Shown piece by piece: positions 59,257 through 64,000 of a DNA stretch of 64,000 bases. Position numbers and translations under genes: made by a program. The stretch's first letter is position 1; the number at the start of each line of letters is the position of its first letter. The notes under the pieces are model-generated. The model was not told the origin of the DNA. It ran no database searches and worked only from the letters and a program-made list of their open reading frames with translations. This stretch comes from Marsupella aquatica. Taxonomy: Eukaryota > Plantae > Marchantiophyta. Location: positions 18,671,880 to 18,735,879 of the forward strand of contig OZ316895.1 in NCBI GenBank assembly GCA_973895155.1. Direction: 5' to 3'.

Positions 59257-62200
59257 ATGTCAACGAATTCCATGGAGAAACTTTTATTTCAACCACTCAG
59301 CATCAATGGCGCCAATTACTTGTCCTGGTCGCTTGATACTGAAGCTCATTTAACTTCAAAGAATCTACAGGATACTGTAATAACTGACAATGGCCTAACT
59401 CTCCAGCAAAAGGCACAGGCATTGATACTAATTAGACACCATTTGAGCGACTCCTTGAAGCGGCAGTACATGAACAAATACAATCCGAGGATCCTCTGGG
59501 AAGAGCTCCAATCCCGCTTCGATCACACGTGCACCATATACCTGCCTGCAGCCAGACACGATTGGATCAATCTTAGAGTCCAAGACCATAAGAAGATTGC
59601 AGACTACAACTGCGAGTTATTCCTGATAGTATCACAACTGGCCATATGTGGCCACCCTGTAAATGATGAAGAACAGATTGAGAAAACGCTATCCACCCTC
59701 CACTCTACCAATCTCATCCTCTCCACGCAATACCGCAACATGCGATTCACCAAATACTCCGAATTGATCGCACATATGCTCCTAGCTGAGAAGCATCAGC
59801 TATTGTATTACAGAACTCCCAAAAACGACCTCCCGGCACCCTCCCCCCAGTCACAAACACAGAATCTCATTAAGTGACAACTCAAAGGGGAGAGGGATCA
59901 TCTTACCGCGGCCCAGGCAGCTTCAGGGGGAGAAACACAAATAGAGGTCGAGGAGGTCCCTTCAGAGGAAGCGGGGGCAGAAACAACTCTTTCAGAGGCA
60001 GATCTAGGGGAAGATATCAAAACAATGGATACAACTTCAGAAACAATGGGCAAAGAGACAATTCTCAACCCCGAGCGAGGATACCTCATCAGCAAAGCGC
60101 TCAAAGAGATAAATACGAAAACCCCTCTATATGTTTCCGTTGCGGCACTAAGGGCCACATTCAAAAATTCTGCCGTGCCCCTATACACCTTGTACAATTA
60201 TATAAGAAGAGCATTGAACAAAATGAACCCGAGACATATGGGACCTTCTTAGAATCCACTGACCTAATACCATCTATAAATATGACTATATCAAGCGACG
60301 ACTCTACCATAAAAGAAAATCTATCCCACTACATAGTCAACAGCGGTACATCGCATTCCATTTTCAAGCATAAGGAATAATTTAAGTAAATTATACCATC
60401 ACAAAGAAAACTAACGACTATTATGGACCAGCACCAATTGGAAGAGGGATGTGGACCTGCAGTGGTCACCCTACCTGGCGGCACGCCCATTCAGGTGAAG
60501 TCTGCCATTTATGCTCCAAAGGCAACCAGGAACTTACTGAGCTTCGGAGATATCCGTGCTAACAAGCTACACATCAAGACGGGCACCCAAGATGGACGGG
60601 AGGTTTTGTACATTACCTCGGGGGAACCACCAAACACAAAGATCAAAGAGATCCTATGTGCTTCACCCCCTGGCTGTTATACTACTAAAATCTACAGTTT
60701 CCACATTGAAGCACCCCAAGGAACACTTACCAAGATCTGGCATAGGAGACTTGGCCACCTTGGAACGATAATGTTCTAGAAGCTCATCAGAGAAATGCAA
60801 GGTATATCGGAGAAGGCCACCCCACGTCCATGAAAGCCCCTTGTTTAGCTTGCTCACAGGGAAAGCTTATAATCCGGCCCTCGCCACCAAAAACTGAACA
60901 TCAAATCCCACGTTTCCTGGAACGCATACACGCTGATCATGTATGCGGACCAATCGATCCCCCTAGCGGCCCATTCCGATTTTTTCTGGCAGTCATAAAC
61001 GCATCCACAAAATGGAGTCAGATATCTTTATTATCCACAAGAAACCTGGTATTCTCCAGACTCCTCACCCTACATACTAAAATTGAGAGCTCAATTCCCT
61101 TAAAACCAAATTAGAACACTGAGAGTAGATAACGCTGGTGAATTTACCTCTAAGACGTTCAAAGATTTTTGCCGTGCCACAGGCATTGATGTTCAGTACC
61201 CCGTACCTCATGTCCATTTTCAAAATGGAATAGCCGAATCCCTGATCAAGCGACTACAGCTGATTGCCAGACCCCTACTAATGCAGATGAACTTACCAAC
61301 AGCTGCTTGGGGCCACGCCATTCTCCACTCTGCTGCCCTACTAAGTTACAGACCATCATCATTTAACTCAACTACCCCTTACCACTTAGCATTTGGGAGC
61401 ATACCAAATGTCTCTCACCTGAGAATGTTTGGCTGCAAAGTCATGGTACCCATCTTGGGACCCAAGAGAACCAAGATGGGGCCACAAAGACATGCAGGTA
61501 TATACATCGGTTTTGACTCAACTTCTATAATCAGATATATGGAGCCTACTACATCTGATGTATTCAAAGCACGTTTTGCAGATTGCCACTTCTATGAAGA
61601 GATCTTTCCCAGTTTACAAACGAAACAACTCGACACAGAGAAGAATACTCACCTTACTTGGCAAATTGATGCTGAATTCTGGAACGACCCACGGGACAGC
61701 CACGCAGACACCGAAGTACAACGGATCCTCCACTTGGCCAGGATGGTAGAACACCTACACGACTCCTTTACAGATGCCGCCCAAGTGACCCGCTCCCACA
61801 TTCCAGCAGCAAACGCCCCATCAAGAATCCAAATGGAGACCCCACCAGCATCAGTCACTGCACCGAAAGCAAAGAGAGGCCGCCCACTGGGATCTGCAGA
61901 TAGACAGCCAAGACAGCGCAAAACCGCCCCAACATCTGCACCAAATACATTGATCAGAGACCAAACCCCAATCCAACCAAATGTACCAGAAGACAATGTA
62001 GAGATATCAATCAACTATGGAAGAACTGGACATGTATGGGACAGAGACCATACCACGATAGACGAACACTTTGCCTTCCACATAGCACAGCAGATCGAAG
62101 AGGAATTACCAGATACGAACAATTAAAGAAGTTGAGGCCCAACCTGATTGGCCTGAATGGGAACAAGCCATTCATTTAGAACTGGACTCATTGATAGCCC

Positions 62201-63848
62201 GCCAGGTATTCGGACCAATTACAATAGCAGAACCTGTGGTGCATCTCACAAGCTATAAATGGACACTGGTCAAGAAAAGGAATGCGAAAGGCGAAGTAAC
62301 CAGACACAAGGCAAGATTGGTGGCCAGGGGATTCACACAAGTCCCCGGCAGGGACTACGACTTAACATACTCGCCGGTAATGGATGTCATCACTTACCGG
62401 TACCTTATCACATTCTCACAACGCCACAACTTATCCATGCACCAAATGGATATTGTAACAGCCTACCTATATGGACACTTAGACAAAGTCATATACATGG
62501 AAGCTCCACCAGAACTGGTGAAATGAGTCGAGTATCACAGCAAAGGGAAACAAACACATAAAGCTGGAATCCACAACCAGGCGGAAACATTCAAGCATAC
62601 AAATTCAGCGATACTCCACAAGACTGCAGCAAAGATAGCACTAACAGATCCTATCCAACATCAAAGGGACACCACCCGAAGAACTCGATTTGCAGTACAG
62701 GTGTTAAGATCCCTATATGGCCTCAAGCAAAGTGGCCTCACATGGTATAAACGTTTTAAGTCAGAAATGTTGGCCATGGGATTTACAAATGCCGACATTG
62801 CACCCTGTTTCTGAAACGGGAAAACAGAGAATTTATTATAGTAGCCATCTACGTGGACGACCTGAACCTGTTCGGAACAAGAAAAATTATGGCTGAAACT
62901 ATCATACTCTTAAAACAGGCTTTCGAGATGCATGACCTAGGGCAGACTTCTTTCTGCCTAGGACTACAATTTGAGCACCTGCACAATGGCATTTTCCTGC
63001 ATCAGTCCACGTACATCAAGAAAATCCTGAAGCAATTCAACATGGACAAAGCCACTGCAGTCAGATCCCCCATGGACATCCGCACACTTGACAAAGAAAA
63101 GGATATCTTCCGAAAGAGAAATGAAATGGAGACATTGCTTGGCCCAAAGAAGCCATACCTATCTGCTATAGGTGTCCTGATGTTCCTTTTGAACCAGACA
63201 AGGCCAGATATCGCCTTTGCAGTCAATCTATTGGCTCGCCATAGTGCCAAGCCAACTATTCGGCATTGGAATGGGATAAAGCGCATTTTCCGCTATCTTG
63301 TGGGTACCAAGGATCTGGGACTGTTTTACCCATCCGAAACTAATTACTCACTTACAGGATATGCTGATGCAGGTTACCTCTCAGACCCGGAGGACGCGAA
63401 GTCTCAAACCAGGTACGTCTTCTTGATGGGCCAGACCGCAATCTCATGGCGAAGTTGCAAGCAAACACTAACAACTACATCATCAAATCACTCGGAAATT
63501 ATAGCTCTCTATGAATCAAGCAGGGAGTGCATTTGGCTACGCAACATCATCAATCACATCCATGAGAACACAGGCATACCTACACTGTCAACACCAACAG
63601 AAATTCACGAAGATAACAGAGCCTGCGTTGAACAAATTCAAGCAGGCTTTATCAAGGGAGATCGAACCAAACACATTGCCCCCAAATTTTTCTTTACGCA
63701 TGAACAGCAAGGCAATAGCATCGCAGTTAAATGGATACAAAGCTCCCAAAACATCGCAGATTTGTTTATGAAATCACTTCCCCCTGTACTACACAGACAA
63801 CATACATTCTCTATAGGATTGCGCAACTTAACTGCATTGCAGGACTAA
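59257..63848 (+). pseudogene. Copia gag-pol with several stops and frameshifts
   Basis: NYLSWSLD; CFRCGTKGHIQKFC; WHRRLGH; CGPIDPPSGPFRFF; KARLVARGFTQ; SLYGLKQSG; YVDDLN; GYADAGYLSD; IHEDNRAC. Confidence 0.93.
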
Positions 63849-64000
63849 CACCTTTCGGACTGCTTCCGACCTACTTGTCTCCTGCCCAGGGGAGAATAAA
63901 AGTGAACCTTGCAACTACACAACAATGCGTGAAGGAGCGACCAGAAAATACCACATCAGGGGGAGCAAAAAGCACACAGCACACTCTCACGCCAATGAAG

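Larger units (their letters stand above)
58804..64000 (+). mobile_element. Ty1/Copia retrotransposon, Bianca-like; 3' LTR beyond the window, 5' LTR start uncertain
   Basis: PBS CGTTATCAGCACG; order gag-PR-INT-RT-RH; purine tract CATCAGGGGGAG at about 63954. Confidence 0.9.

Overview
This window is eukaryotic, transposon-saturated DNA with no intact host gene. The element families (Athila-like and Bianca-like LTR elements, plant L1, CACTA) point to a plant, and a non-seed land plant is my inference. Bases 1-40615 are a deep nest of insertions whose junctions can be resolved by 5-6 bp target-site duplications (TSDs). Three unusual systems stand out. (1) A minus-strand Ty3/Gypsy element (13681-33077) encodes a DNMT3-like C5 cytosine methyltransferase in frame between protease and reverse transcriptase; it is split by three solo LTRs, and removing them restores the frame. 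(2) Two families of giant LTRs (about 4.0 and 4.7 kb), with no obvious DNA-level similarity, each carry a complete ORF (about 880 and 1220 codons) inside the LTR; the two proteins are homologous and the ORF is retained in solo LTRs. (3) A spliced minus-strand gene (about 42560-47629) has a ParB/Srx-like domain, tandem beta-class N4/N6 DNA-methyltransferase-like domains and possibly BRCT. It lies head-to-head with a GCM/WRKY-like zinc-domain putative transposase, and its non-coding DNA carries at least 8 copies of the palindrome TAGCGCCNGGCGCTA. All copies here are degenerate (stops and frameshifts). Domain calls come from reading motifs by eye; no database searches were run.
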